Part shown: in pieces, positions 51,169-64,000 of the stretch
How the letters are laid out: each line of letters opens with the position of its first letter
Position numbering within the stretch: the stretch's first letter is position 1
Assembly: GCA_951406725.2 (NCBI GenBank)
Contig: OX597827.1
Span: forward strand, 68,944,001-69,008,000
Source of the DNA: Octopus vulgaris
Taxonomy: Eukaryota
Reading direction: 5' to 3'
Length of the DNA stretch: 64,000 nucleotides
Notes under the pieces: model-generated
The model's input: the letters and a program-made list of their open reading frames with translations, nothing else
Databases searched by the model: none
Told to the model about the DNA's origin: nothing
Program-made: the position numbers and the translations under genes

Positions 51169-52046
51169 TTAACCCTTTTCTTACCATATTTTTGCAGGCA
51201 TAAACTTCCTGTTTCAATTAATTTTGTAAATAATACAAAATCTAGAAAAACAACATTGTCATTACTAAGCTAGTGTTTAGAATATAAATTGAATTGAAAT
51301 GTTGATGGAAAGTTTTAACCCTTTCGATACCAACCTGGCTGAAACCGCCTTTGGCTCTGTAGTACAAATGTCTTGTTTTCATAAGTTTTGAATTAAAATC
51401 TTCCACCAAACCTTAGTCACAGTTTATGTTCCTAACACTAGCTGAATGACAACTAAGTTATTTTACTAAATTCTTTGTTATATTTAAAATTAATTGAAAG
51501 AAACACAGAGCACCACAAAATAAATAAAATAATGAAAGGGTTGAAATATATAATAGAGAAACAATTCTTAACCCTTTTGATACCAACCCGGCAGAAACAG
51601 TCCTGGCTCTGTAGTATAAATGTCTTGTTTTCATAAGTTTTGAATTAAAATCTTCCACCAAATCTTAGTCACAATTTATGTTCCTAAAATCAGCTGACTA
51701 AGTTATTTTACTAAATTCTTTGTTATATTTAAAGTAATTGAAAGAAACAGAGAACATCTCAAAATAAATACAGTAACAAAAGGGTTAAATTAGATCGCTT
51801 TAAGCTTTTTGCTACCATATTTTTGTTGACTTCAGCTGCCTTTCTTTCAATTAATCTTGAAAATAAAGAATTTAGAAAAACAGCCTTGTCATTACTAATC
51901 TGATGTTTAGAATATAAATGAAAATGAAATGGTGGTGGAAAAAAGTTTCAAATTAGATCACTTTAACCCTTTTGTTACCATATTTCAATAGACATAAAAT
52001 GCCTTTGTTTCAATTAATTTGGAGTAATCTGAATGCTAAAGGGTTG
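51169..52046. mobile_element. Nest of piggyBac-type MITEs (young copies at 51319-51540 and 51572-51784 inside or next to older reverse copies)
   Basis: TTAA|CCCTT...AAGGG|TTAA ends and near-identity to 15360-15578. Confidence 0.8.
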
Positions 52047-52244
52047 AGCATGTAATACAGGTCCGATTTCACTTATGTGGGAGGATTCTTTTAAAGACCT
52101 TTTGGGGGATAAAATGTGCATCTTATATGCCATCAAAAAAAAAAAGAAGAAAAAAGAATAATGAAGGGAAATCCTAACAGGATTCAAACCCAAACTGCTG
52201 GAATCTCAGCTAGAAATAATACTTCAGAAATTAAAACTGTGCAT

Positions 52245-52762
52245 TTACTCTTTTACTTGTTTCAGCCATGCTGGAGCACCGCCTTTAGTTGAGCAAATCG
52301 ACCCGAGGACTTATTCTTTGGAAGCCTAGTACTTACTCTATCGGTCTCTTTTGCCGAACCGCTAATTTACGGGGACGTAAACACACCACCATTGGTTGTC
52401 AAGCGATGTTGGGGGGACAAACACAGACACACAAACATACATATATATACACATATATGACGGGGCTGCTTTCAGTTTCTGTCTACCAAATCCACTCACA
52501 AGGCTTTGGTCGGACTGAGGAAGACACTTTGAGTAATCTGAATGCTAAAAGGGTGAGCATGTAATACAGGTCCGATTTCACTTATGTGGGAGGATTTTTT
52601 TTTAAAGACCTTTTGGGGGATAAAATGTGCATCTTATATGCCATCAAATACAATAATTGAAAAAAAAAAAAGACACTTGCCCAAGATGCCACACAGTGGG
52701 AATGAACCCAGAACCATGTGGTTGGTAAGCAAGCTATTTACCACACAGCCACTCCTGCGCCT
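52245..52762 (-). mobile_element. SINE family A interrupted by a copy of nearby flanking DNA
   Basis: The insert at 52530-52669 duplicates 52022-52137. Confidence 0.85.
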
Positions 52763-52829
52763 AGGTGCTAGCACAATAATGCACCAGCTCCAGTATTCAA
52801 TCCTCAGATGAGGAGAGGGCAGTAAAAAA

Positions 52830-53280
52830 AAGCATAATTCGAATTCTTCAACTTGGTTTCAATACCTACCCTTACCTATGGTTGGGTAATGATTGAAATA
52901 GTAGAACTGTGTATACAAGTAGCTGAAATGGGGTTTTTTGCGAAGGATATCAGGTGCATACCTCAGAGATCAGGGAGTCTCCCCAGGTCAAGCCACTATT
53001 TCTCTGAATTGAGCGGTCACAACATGAGCACTATAGACATGATTAGAATGTCACGGGAGAGAATTCACAAGACAGATACTTCAAACTGAGCTGACCAGCA
53101 GGAGACCTCGGGGAAGATCAAGAATGAGAGAGGGGTGGATAATATCCATAATCCCAGTTGATCATACTTGGAAATCTAGCTGGAAAGTCTAATAGGACCT
53201 TAAGGGAGAGGTGCCCAAGGACTCTACCCGCATGACCCTCCCAGGAATATTAGGCACAGATGGTGGACGGAAGGCTGGAT
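52830..53280 (+). mobile_element. RTE-clade (Expander/Rex3-like) LINE 3' relic
   Basis: Translates as SIPTLTYG-WVM...IQVAEMGF...VKPLFL*IERSQ...IRMSRERI...RRPRGRSR. Confidence 0.8.
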
Positions 53281-55368
53281 TTTCTTTTTAATTAGTCTTA
53301 TGAAAGACTAAGTGGGATAGCCATTATTTACAGGAAGGGAAGTTTTTTTTACAATTCCTTGGTCTTCTTTTAGATTCTTTTGAGCATATACTGCCCTTGT
53401 GAGTGTCCGTTAGCTTGACTGTATCCCCTAGTCAGTTCATCCACTGCTCAGCTTCTCAAGCCATCATTTGCCAACTTTTCCCTCAGTCCATCTCCCTACA
53501 GGTCTCTTACTTCATCCTCCTGCTTGTGCCTTCCTACTCCATCTGTCAGTTCATCCATGATAGGGACCTCATCATTCAAATACTGGCCAACTCTCACAAT
53601 TTGTCAAAGAACTTGTAATTCACACTGTCTGTTGATCTATGTCTCACAATACAACTACCACCCTTTATCACCCATTCTTTCTGTCCCCCAACCTGCATCA
53701 CCTATTTTGTCTACCATCCTGTATCTCCCAATCTCTCACCATCCTCCATTCCCCACTCTATCCACCATCCAGTGTCCAACAGCATCAACTGTCACACATC
53801 TCCTACTACTGTCCACCAGCCTTCCCAACAGTCCACTGTCTCTGCCACACCAACTACCGTCCTGTTTCCTACACAATCTACCATGTTATGCTTCCCACAG
53901 AAACCACCATCCAAAATCTAGTTTCCCACACAATCCACCATCCTATGTTTCCCACACAATCCAGCATCCTACGTTTCCCACACTATCCACCGTCCTGTCT
54001 GCCCCCCACCCACCCAGCTGCCTCTCTCTTCCAGTCCATGCACCAAGCCTGTATTTCTCTCTCTATTCACTTTCTCTTATCTCCCCTCCATACACCAACC
54101 CATGCTTTCCACTGTTCACCAACGTGTCCTCCCCCCCACCCCACCCACCCACTCTGTCCACATGTCTACATCACCATCCCCATTCAGCCCACCAAGCCTG
54201 TCTATCTCCAACCTTTTCTGCCTGCACACTTTCTTTAAACCACCATTCTAAAAGTGTATACTGCAGTAACTGGTTGCTAAGGTGACCGTTACTACAATGC
54301 TGGAAGGAAAAAAAAAACAAAAAAAAACTACTTTTTCAATAAAATTTCCAACGATGCACCTAATGATGCGTATAAAGGAAAGATGTAAACTGTACTATCT
54401 CTACATCACTAATTAAAAATTAATTTTTATAGTGAAGAGCTTAAGTGATTTAAAGAGACAAGAAGACCTTATTAAGTTTTAATATCACTATATAAACGTG
54501 TGGGCAATTAATGTATTTTATATCAATAATTAATTATAATTAGTACAGTGTTTATTGAATTTAACTTTGGTTGGAGTGATCTGGGGATAGATACTAAAAT
54601 GTGACAACTTCCTTAAATTTAAAAATTTTTTTTACATAAAAAAAAAAGGGGGCTGGAAGCTGGCATCAGAGATGGATATGGTTGGTATTTGACCATACAG
54701 ATAGTCCGTGTCATGTCACCATAGTCTTTTACTGAAAAAGTTTATTGATTCCATCTCAGTTGTTTTCACATTACATGACCAACATGTCACAAATAGCTCT
54801 GGCTGAGGCGTGACCATAATGCACATGCGTACACAGCCTTGTTTTCCATAATAGCCTAATAAAGCTGAAGTTTTGTGTGTGTGTATGTGTGTGTGTGTAT
54901 TTAAATTTATCAAACAATTATACTATATTGTGCGTATGAAGATATGTATCAATTCTGCATACACTACAACACACACAGGCATACATTTACAATGAAGGCA
55001 TGTAAATGCTATATATATGTATGTATGCATGCAAGCAAGCACACATGTGGAGGTATGCACAATTTAATAAACATTTATAATGGGGATATTTTTTTTTATT
55101 TTTTATTTTATCTAGTTTCAGCTCACAAGCTGTGGCCATGCTGGGGCACCGCCATTTAGTATATGTATATATACATATATATTGCATGCTTATACACATC
55201 AATCTGCATGTATGAATGTGCTATATATATATATGTATGTATGTGTGTGTAAATAATATTATGCATGTGAATGTGCATGTATGTGTATATACATATATAT
55301 ATATATATATACACACACACTTGTATAAATAGTATTATGCATGTATAAATGTGCATGTATGTGTATGT

Positions 55369-55435
<67 letters not shown>

Positions 55436-55872
55436 TATAAATAGTATTATGCATGTATGAATGTGTATTTGCATATGCATGTATCTGCATAAAACATATA
55501 TATATACAGACACACTCACATACATACATACATAGACACACACACACACACACTGTTTATGCATGCAGACACATCACACATATCTGACTACTCATTCCTG
55601 CCTTATACTGCCACCTCACCCTTTCAAATTCCCCTACAACCTCCCTCCCCACTACATACCACACATACACTAACACCTCTACTCTATTTCATCATTGTCA
55701 ATACATTGAGTTGTGCAGCTCTGTTGCAGTAAGTATTGATTTTATACTATATATATATATATATATATATATACGCCTGTAAGTGATAGCTAATCACTAT
55801 ATACATATATGAATATATATATATATATATATATAACGCCTGTAAGTGATAGCTAATCTCTATATACATATA

Positions 55873-55923
<51 letters not shown>

Positions 55924-56767
55924 GCATAAGTGTGTGTGCATATTTATGTATAGATGGTTCTAAGTTCTAGTCTTTTGCTATGTGATTCCTGTGAACTCAG
56001 TTGCCAAGAGTAACAAACCAACCAGCCTGCCAACCAGCCAACCGGCCAGCCTGCGTACCAACTGGCCGACCAGCCAGCCAGCCAGCAAGCTAGCTTAGCC
56101 AATGAGCAGCAACCAAAGTGGATAGTGCCGTCAAATACGAGGAAAAATCCTATGGTGTTTTATAGTCCAGTCGTTGGAAGTTTACTCAATTCCATTAGTT
56201 TACTATTGGTGCCGCACTATTGGTAGCGGCTAGTGTTCTCTGAAATGCTAAATGGTAATCATTCCGATGCTATAAAGAGAGATCAATACTGGCCGTGCTG
56301 TTTGTTGGCTGTGGAGTGATATAGATTCTTTCAGTTATAACTATTTCCATTTTTTTGCTGAGCAAGCTAACAAGGGAGCTTCTAGGTGGTCATGCAACCT
56401 GCTAGAAATAACAACCAAATCTCACATCCCATCATCTGTCAAGGAAGAGCAGCTAAATATCCCTCAAATCACACTGTCATGCCTTAATGCAAAAAGGGAT
56501 ACATTTTATAATGAAAATATATTAAAAAAAAAAGCAGGAAAGCCATACAACCTACAAGAAATAGCAGCCAAATCTCACATCTCACCCTACCACTTAGGAA
56601 GAGCAACCAAATATCCCTCAAACCATACTCTGCTACCATAACACACACAAAAAAAGGGCAGGATGGTCACAGATATAGCATTTTTTATCAGAGGCTTGTT
56701 TGGCCAGGACAGTTGTGTATATGTGCAGTGGGGTTGTTTTTGAATTTTACTAGAAGTAGTAACTCTA

Positions 56768-56805
<38 letters not shown>

Positions 56806-58093
56806 AGTGTGTGCGTGCGTGCGTGGGCTTTTACAGGCCCTTTGAGAATAGGAAAATTGATTCTTAAACTGTTGCAAACCAAAAGCCATAGGGGAATCAT
56901 ATCATCATCATCATCATCATTTTAACATCTACTTTTCCATGCATGAATATGTTGGACAATGTTCCTTGAGACACATACATTTTTCTATGGTCAGATTCCC
57001 TTCACGTTTCCCAGCAAAGAACGTTACATTTCCCTATCGCCAGACACGTTTACAAAGACTGTGGGGAATGAATGACGTACCTTTACATCTGGAGGTCAAA
57101 ATAAGAAAGTACAAAACACAAACAGGCTTTTTTTCAGCTTCTGTCAACCGGATCCACTCAGAAGGCTTTTGTCAGTCTTGGGGCTATCTGAGAAGTTACT
57201 TGCCCAAGCTGTTTGTCACCCAGTGGGACTGAACCTGAAACCAAGTGGTTGGGAAGCAAACTTCTTAACCACACTGTCACACTTGTGCCATATGCAAAGA
57301 GTAAATCTCAGAGGGCTGAATTTCTGGAGAGAAAAGTCTGAGTGCAGTAGCTCGAGTGGGAGCTGAGTGTAGGAAGGAGGAGGGTCAATAAGCATGACAA
57401 GAGGATGGAAGATGAGTGAAACAGAAGTGTCTGAGTGGGGGGAGGGGTTACATAAAACCAGTTTCTGTGTACCAGATCCACTCACAAGGATTTGGTTGGC
57501 CCGAGGTTATAGTAAAAGATAATTGCCCGAGGTGCCACACAGTGGGACTGAACCTGGAACCATGTGGTTGGGAAGTTAGCTTCTTTACCACACAGCCACA
57601 CCTGGAATCATGAAAGGTGAAAGATTTTCAGAATATATCAGATATAGCAAAATAACACAAAGGGTTTTGTCCTATGCTCTACCGATTCTGACATTCACTA
57701 TTTTGCTAGCTTGTTTGTTTGCTTTAGCAACACTGGACAATTGTCAAAACAATTAATTATATAGCTGGATGATGACGGCCACTTATAACTAATTAACTAA
57801 TAATAGCTAAATTAGTGTTAGCATATTTAATGAGGAGAAACGTGGAAGCACAAAAGGACTAAGTTGGAAAGAAATAATTATGAGAAAGGGGGATGGAGAA
57901 AAGATATTAGCAGTGACCAGTATTGTTTACATCAGAAATCAGTCCAGAACCACTAGGTGGTGAACCAGTACTTAGCCATGGATCATTTGGTACCAGACCA
58001 CACAGAAAGAAGAAAAAAATTGTTTTCATTTCTATTCCACTGACTATGATGGCAGTCTGCAAAGTGATTTTGCAGGATATATGTATTAGATGT

Positions 58094-58400
58094 GGAGGCA
58101 CAATGGCCCAGTGGTTAGGGCAGCGGACTCGCGGTCGGAGGATCGCGGTTTCGATACCCAGACCGGGCTTTGTGTGTGTTTATTGAGCGAAAACACCTAA
58201 AGCTCCACGAGGTTCCGGCAGGGGGTGGCGGTGACCCCTGTTATACTCTTTCGCCCCAACTTTCTCTCACTCTTTCTTCTTGTTTCTTGAGTAACGTTGC
58301 GATGGATTGGCGTCCCATCCAGCTGGGGGGGAACACATACGCCATAGAAACCAGGCCCATGAGCCTGGCTAGGCTTCAAAAGGGTGCATAAATAAAATTA
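58094..58400 (+). mobile_element. SINE family C
   Basis: Shares the family C head. Confidence 0.8.
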
Positions 58401-58631
58401 AAAATGTATCAGATATGTTAGTAATATGTACAAAGAAGGCGGTGAGCTGGCAAAAAAGTTAACAAGCTGGGTGAAATGCTTTGCGGCATTTCATCAGTCT
58501 TTACATTCTGAGTTCAAATTCCACGTAGGTTGACTTTGCCTTTCATCCTTTCGGAGCCGATAAATAAAGTACCAGTTGCATACTGGGGTCAATCTAATCA
58601 ACTACCCCACCTCCCCAAAAATTTGAATGTA

Positions 58632-59192
58632 TTGGGTTGTTCAGAAAGTTCGTGCCAACTTTTAAAGGAAAGAAAAAGGTCAATAAATACTTGCCATTAC
58701 ATTTTTAATCAGCCAAATATGAACCATTTTGTTGCACAATGTGTCTCCATCTTTCGTTTAACTTGAAAATATCCTCTTCTCAGAATTGAGGTGGTTTCAT
58801 GGCAAAGAATTCATCAATTTTTTACATCATCCAAAGAATTGAAATTTTTACCATTAAGACTATTCTGCATAGACCTGAATAAGTGGAAATCCGAAGGAGC
58901 AATATCTGGTAAATATGGAGGCTGGGGTAACACATCCCAGCCGAGCTGCAGCAATTTTTGTCTGGTTCTCAAAGCACCAAGTGCCGAAAATGAACTTTCT
59001 TATCTTCCATTTTAAAGGGTTACAGAATAAACACAGGTAATAGGAACATAAACCTTCTTCCACAAAAAGATAATTTAAACTGTGCTCCAAATGGAGGTGT
59101 AGTCAAATCCTATTGTATGGACTCAACCATGATCTAAAGTAACTCAAAAGGTAAGCTACTATAAATCGGCACGAACTTTCCAGACAACCCAA
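58632..59192 (-). mobile_element. Internally deleted mariner (DD34D, mellifera-like)
   Basis: TA TSDs and TIRs TTGGGTTGT..GAAAGTTCGTGCC. The ATG at 59010 (MEDKKVHFRHL) is fused to KLLQLGWDVLPQPPYLPDIAPSDFHLFRSMQNSLNGKNFNSLDDVK. Confidence 0.9.
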
Positions 59193-60422
59193 TATATTTC
59201 TAGGATGACATAAGGCAGATGGCAAAGGCCAGATCTGGCCAGTTTGATCATAAAACAGGGAGAATATTTTGGCCAGATATGGTCAGTTTGAATGCTAAAG
59301 AGTAGGAAAATATTATCGCCAACTCAGGCACTGACAACTGTGACGATGTAAGGAAGAGGCTTGTTTCCATATCATTACTTTTTCTTCTATCACTACCTAG
59401 GGGGCTTCAACCACTAAACATATCTCCTAGCTACCCTACATAATATTGAATTTACTATCACTTCTATCACAACCTAAGGGTTGCTACCCGACAGTAACGA
59501 ACCAAGAAAGGTACCCTTACATAGTCATTCAACATGCTTAGAAATAGCAGCCAACTCTTCCTCAAATAAAAACATTACCATCTTAGTAAAAAAAAGTGGG
59601 GAGGTTCTACATTGTGGTAACTCAAGTTCTCTATGCATGTAAGATGGGATGGTCATGGTTGGAATGCACTGGAAACAGGTCTGCTTGATCGAGGTTGACC
59701 TGAGGCTTAAACAATTACAACAGCTGCTGTATATACCATAGCCTCCATAACTATCACAACCATGATTAAACTTTGAGAAACATAGAAGTGAGGGTGGGGA
59801 GGTGAGCACTTCCCCCCCTTTTCTTTTTCTCTCTTTCCCCCTCTCTTCACTCCTTCACCGTCTCCACCCCACTGACCTCATAAAAACCTAATATCCTCAG
59901 GAAGGACATTGCAAATAATTGTGACATTTGAAGAAAGAAGCATTTAGGCAGGGGCTGAAGGGAAGGGAGTGGGATATGATACCACTTCAGCTCTAGCGAA
60001 GTCTACTACTACAGCTACTACTACTACTACCACCCCTCCTCCATAACTAATTACAAGCCAATGAGGGAGCCTCTATATAATTGCACAACATGCTAGAAAT
60101 AGCAGTCAAATCTCACTCCACGCACATCCGGCCAATAAGGGCGGATGCACTGGAAAATATAGCCCAACATGTCTAAAACAAAAAAAATATATATATATAT
60201 GGTCATGGCTGGAATACTATTGATCATATAAGTCTGGTCTACTCAATCCAAGTTGACCTAGGGCTAAACAATTGACTACTTAGAGTTAGCATGTGACATT
60301 TGCCAGAGCAGCCGGCAATTAAGGATAATAACAGTGACCCCACTAAAATCGTTAAAAGGATTTAGTGGTTGAGGATGATGGCACAGTGGTTGTTTAGTCT
60401 GATTAAGTAGATTTATCATCTA

Positions 60423-60820
60423 CTAGTAGTTTAGCCCTGCATTGCTCGGGTTTGTTTTCTTTTTGGCCCTTTAGAATTGGAATTTTTGAAAAGTAAAAAT
60501 TTTGCATTATGTAGCTTGTTATTCTCTTTAAGTGAACATTTTTCTGGTTGAAATACACCGCAAAATGGCAACACAGCAGTAAAAAAATCGTAAAAAATAG
60601 GGATTTTCATAGGTAAAAAGCACCTTTTTGATGTAAATAATTTTTGGTGTTAACATAGTCCAATTTGAATTTTTTCTTCTACGGAAGGAAGAGCAAGCCT
60701 TCTTCTATCATACTATCAATTTTGGTCAACTTGCGCCGCAGGGTCTCAGAGGAGATGGTGTTAGTTGAAGGCTATCAAACCTGCCATACACAGACAACTT
60801 CAGCTTTATATATACAGAGA
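60423..60820 (-). mobile_element. Non-autonomous Helitron
   Basis: A|TCTCTGTATATATAAAG ... CCCGAGCAATGCAGGG hairpin ... CTAG|T. The termini are related to those of 38218-38613. Confidence 0.75.
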
Positions 60821-61229
60821 TGTGTTCCAGCCTTTATGATTTCATCTTGGTTTTGAATTTTATTATAGTGTGTGACCTTTCTTTTTAAAGTGTGTTTTTC
60901 TTGTGGGGTGGGAGGCCAGAGGGAAGATTTGGCTATTATTTCTAACTAGATGAGCAACTACAGAAAGTCTCCCTCTTCATTCATAGATGGTGATGGTTGT
61001 GATTGGTGAAACTACTGTGCAGCCCTCCTCCCATCATGACATCACAGATCAACTGAATTACTGGGAATTATTAACCTTGCAATATGTTTTTATGTATTTT
61101 TCTTGTACATTTTAAACACAAAGTTTTTGTTTCCTAACTGGATGCTCTCAACCAAAGTCTTACATTACTTGTGTGATGATACTCTGCCATATGTGTTTTG
61201 TATGCAGGAAAAATGCCAATGTTTTTGGT

Positions 61230-61720
61230 GGCAAGAGCCCATGTCTTTGGCAGGAAGCTCCTGTTTTTCGGAGTCAAGCTCCGGCATTGTGCAGCAACGG
61301 CCCACGACTTCAGCAGAAACAGCCTGCAGCTTCAGCAGAAATGGCCTGCGACTCTGGCAGAAATGGCCTGTGACTCCGGCAGCAATGGCCCGCAACTCCG
61401 ACAGAAACGACCCACAACTCTGGCAGAAATGAGCCGAGACTTCGGCAGAAATGGCCGTGACTTCGGCGGAAATGGCCCGTGACTTCGGCGGAAACGGCCA
61501 GCGACTTCGGCGGAAACGGCCAGCGACTTCGGCGGAAATGGCCAGCGACTTCGGCGGAAACAGCATGCGACTTCGGCGGAAACGGCCCGTGACTTTGGCG
61601 ACAAGAGCCTGCATCTTTGGTGGCAAGCTCCATCATCTCCAGCGGCAAGGGCCCACATATTCAGCAGAAAACTCTTGCTTCTTCAGTGGAAAGAGCCTGC
61701 GTCTTTAGTAGCAAGCTCCA
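61230..61720. repeat. GC-rich 22-bp minisatellite
   Basis: Unit GACTTCGGCGGAAA(C/T)GGCC(A/C)G(C/T). It is homogeneous at 61437-61595 and degenerate on both sides. Confidence 0.9.
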
Positions 61721-61751
61721 AAAATGATGATAAAAATGATTGTTTCTCCTA

Positions 61752-62134
61752 TACTCTTTTACTCTCTCTTTTATTTGTTTCAATCATTTGACTGTGGTCA
61801 CGCTGGAGCACTGCCTTTAGTCAAGCAAATCAACCCCAGGATTTATTCTTTGTAAGCCTAGTACTTATTCTATCGGTCTCTTTTGCCGAACCGCTAAGTT
61901 ACAGGGAAGTAACACACCAGCATCGGTTGTCAAGCAATGTTGTGGGGACAAACATACACAGATATATGTACATATATATACGACGGGCTTCTTTCAGTTT
62001 CCGTCTACCAAATCCACTGACAAGGCTTTGGTCAGCCCGAGGCTATAGTAGAAGACACTTGCCCAAGGTGCCACACAGTGGGACTGAACCCGGAACCTTG
62101 TGGTTGGTAAGCAAGCTACTTACCACACAGCCAC
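61752..62134 (-). mobile_element. SINE family A
   Basis: Nearly full length. Confidence 0.9.
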
Positions 62135-62309
62135 AACGAGAGCCCTAATGCCTGATGATTATTTCATACACAGGCACAGGGCCGCAAGATCCATTGCCAG
62201 AGAGGGGTATAGTTGTTGAGACTTGATTCAGTATTTAACTTTTATTTCAGCAACTCCTCAAACGATGGATAGCAAAATCAAACCCTGCAGGCTCCGGCCC
62301 CAGAAAGCC

Positions 62310-62710
62310 GGCGTGGCTGTGTGGCAAGAAGTTTGCTTCCCAACCACATAGTTCTGGGTTCAGTCCCAGAACTATTGCACCCTTGGCAAGTGTCCTTTAC
62401 TGAATAAAGGCAAAATAAAGTCCTGTGGCTGGATAAGGTAGCCAGAAACTGATAGAAGTCCACCATGTGTGTGTGTGTTCCTTTGTCTTGACATCATGTA
62501 ATAGGTGTAAAAATGATTGTTACAAGCAGTGTCATACATTCCAAATATTCTATGAACACATGCCTAACCAGCTGGGGTGGAGGACATTAACCTGCTTGGA
62601 AACAAGTAAGGGTCGGTGACAGGAAGGACATCTAAGAACAGAGATTCTGTCTCAAACCCCATCCAACCCATGCAAGCATGCGAAAGTGGACGTTAAAATG
62701 ATGATGATGC
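62310..62710 (+). mobile_element. SINE with family A head and family E tail
   Basis: The same arrangement occurs at 44360-44740(-) and 63590-63845. Confidence 0.65.
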
Positions 62711-63966
62711 AGATGAAGATGATGAAATCAGACGAAACTGCATTCAATGTGTTGGCAGCATGGTGCTTATTTATGTGGTTAGGGACTTCTGGAATTAGCA
62801 GCCTCAGCCTCGGCTCACATCTGAAGTAGAGAGGAGGAGGAGGTGGGAGGAGAGAGAGAAAGAGAGACAGACAGACACAGCAACAGAGAGAGATAGAGAG
62901 AGAGAAAGAAAAGCAACTAACAAACATCCTTCACAGAACAACACTCCTCATCACAGGAATGAAAAATGAGAAAAAGATAGGAAGATGAAGAAGAGATAAG
63001 GAGAGAATGAAAAGGGAAGAACACACACACACATATTTACTCAAAGATTACAGCAAACCTCCTCTCATTTCTAATTACAACCATCATCACTTCACAGTAT
63101 TTTAAGATGTTAGGAGCTTATTTTTTAAGATTTTTATTTATAAAAAATTCATGTAAGGGGGGAAAAGGAGGGGAGAGAGAGATAAGAGTCTAAATCTTGA
63201 TAATTAGGGACATCTAATCATCACTTAATCATCATCACTCTGTTTTTCATTCATGCAATCTGGGGATTAAGGTAGCGAAAGAGTTTATTTAAATTAGACA
63301 AGTGTTGACGTGTATTCATATCAATAAATATTTGACTGTTTGAAAGGAGAGCATGGAAAAGGAGTGGTAGGGATTCCAAATAAAACGGAGGGAGGGAGGG
63401 AGTAGATTTGGCTTCTCTCTTCCATGACCCACCCACAAAACAAAAAAAAAAAAGAAAATCTTTCATTCATAAACAACAAAATCACCGACCACCAGACCAC
63501 CACAAGTTGTCATGGTCTTGTGTAAACATGAATAAGGAACAATAAACAAAACTTATCCAAACATGTGTATATGTGTAAAAACATACGCATGTACGTGTGG
63601 TAAGAAGCTTGCTTCCTAACATCATGAGTTCCAGTTTGGTCCCCCGCTGAGTGGCATCTTAAGCAAGTGTTTTTTAACTTGAGCCCTAGGTTGATCAAGG
63701 CCTTGTGAGTGATTCTGTAAACAAGCCAGTGTCATGTATAAAGTACACGATACCCTCTGTAAAATGGATAGGGCTAGGAAGGGCACCCAGCCATAGAAAC
63801 CATACCAAAACAGATGAGCAGAGCCTGGTGCAGCCCTCCAACTTGAGAGAAGGAGTGGGAGAGAGAAAGAGGGAGAGAGATACAGCAAATGTGCGTGCGT
63901 GTGTGTGTGTGAATGTGTGTGTGTGTGAATATGTGTGTGAGTGAATGTGTGTGTGAGTGAATGTGT

Positions 63967-63999
<33 letters not shown>

Positions 64000-64000
64000 T

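Noticed and set aside
53524-54285. 253-aa and 199-aa Pro/Ser/His-rich ORFs
   Set aside because: This is a G-poor degenerate CCACCATCC repeat that is open simply because it lacks stops, and it has no splice signals.
61165-61708. Multiple overlapping ORFs and a CRISPR-like regular repeat
   Set aside because: It is a tandem 22-bp minisatellite without unique spacers, in a eukaryotic context.
62720-62860. Minus-strand acceptor-like CTACTTCAG after a CT tract (similarly TTTTTGCAG at about 50316)
   Set aside because: The tract is a simple repeat and I found no matching donor, so support is insufficient.

Overview
This is AT-rich, repeat-saturated eukaryotic DNA, almost certainly intronic and intergenic sequence from an octopus. 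That call is inferred from the tRNA-derived SINE families and the dense CA/TA/GA microsatellites. Nearly all ORFs in the supplied track are microsatellite or SINE artefacts. Gene-like signals: (1) a minus-strand exon that appears to carry a start codon (MASPGSIIHEDMSLFYYRQLASNLR, gene not recognised); (2) probable upstream non-coding exons; (3) a textbook recursive-splice (AG|GTAAGT) site followed by a 122-nt cryptic exon at 16.6 kb; (4) a CpG-retaining domain at about 19-31 kb that holds three perfect CRE palindromes plus AP-1 and E-box motifs. Mobile DNA includes several SINE families, hAT, piggyBac and mariner MITEs, Helitron-type elements, a Tol2-like hAT transposase relic, an internally deleted mariner, and RTE and CR1 LINE relics. 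A tRNA-Asp pseudogene is also present. The best candidate for an undescribed system is a tRNA-headed SINE (two copies) whose tail contains a Penelope-type minimal hammerhead ribozyme. One copy also shows an inverted tail duplication and a 13-bp TSD, suggesting mobilisation by Penelope-like elements. All calls were made by eye, and repeat boundaries are approximate unless TSDs are quoted.
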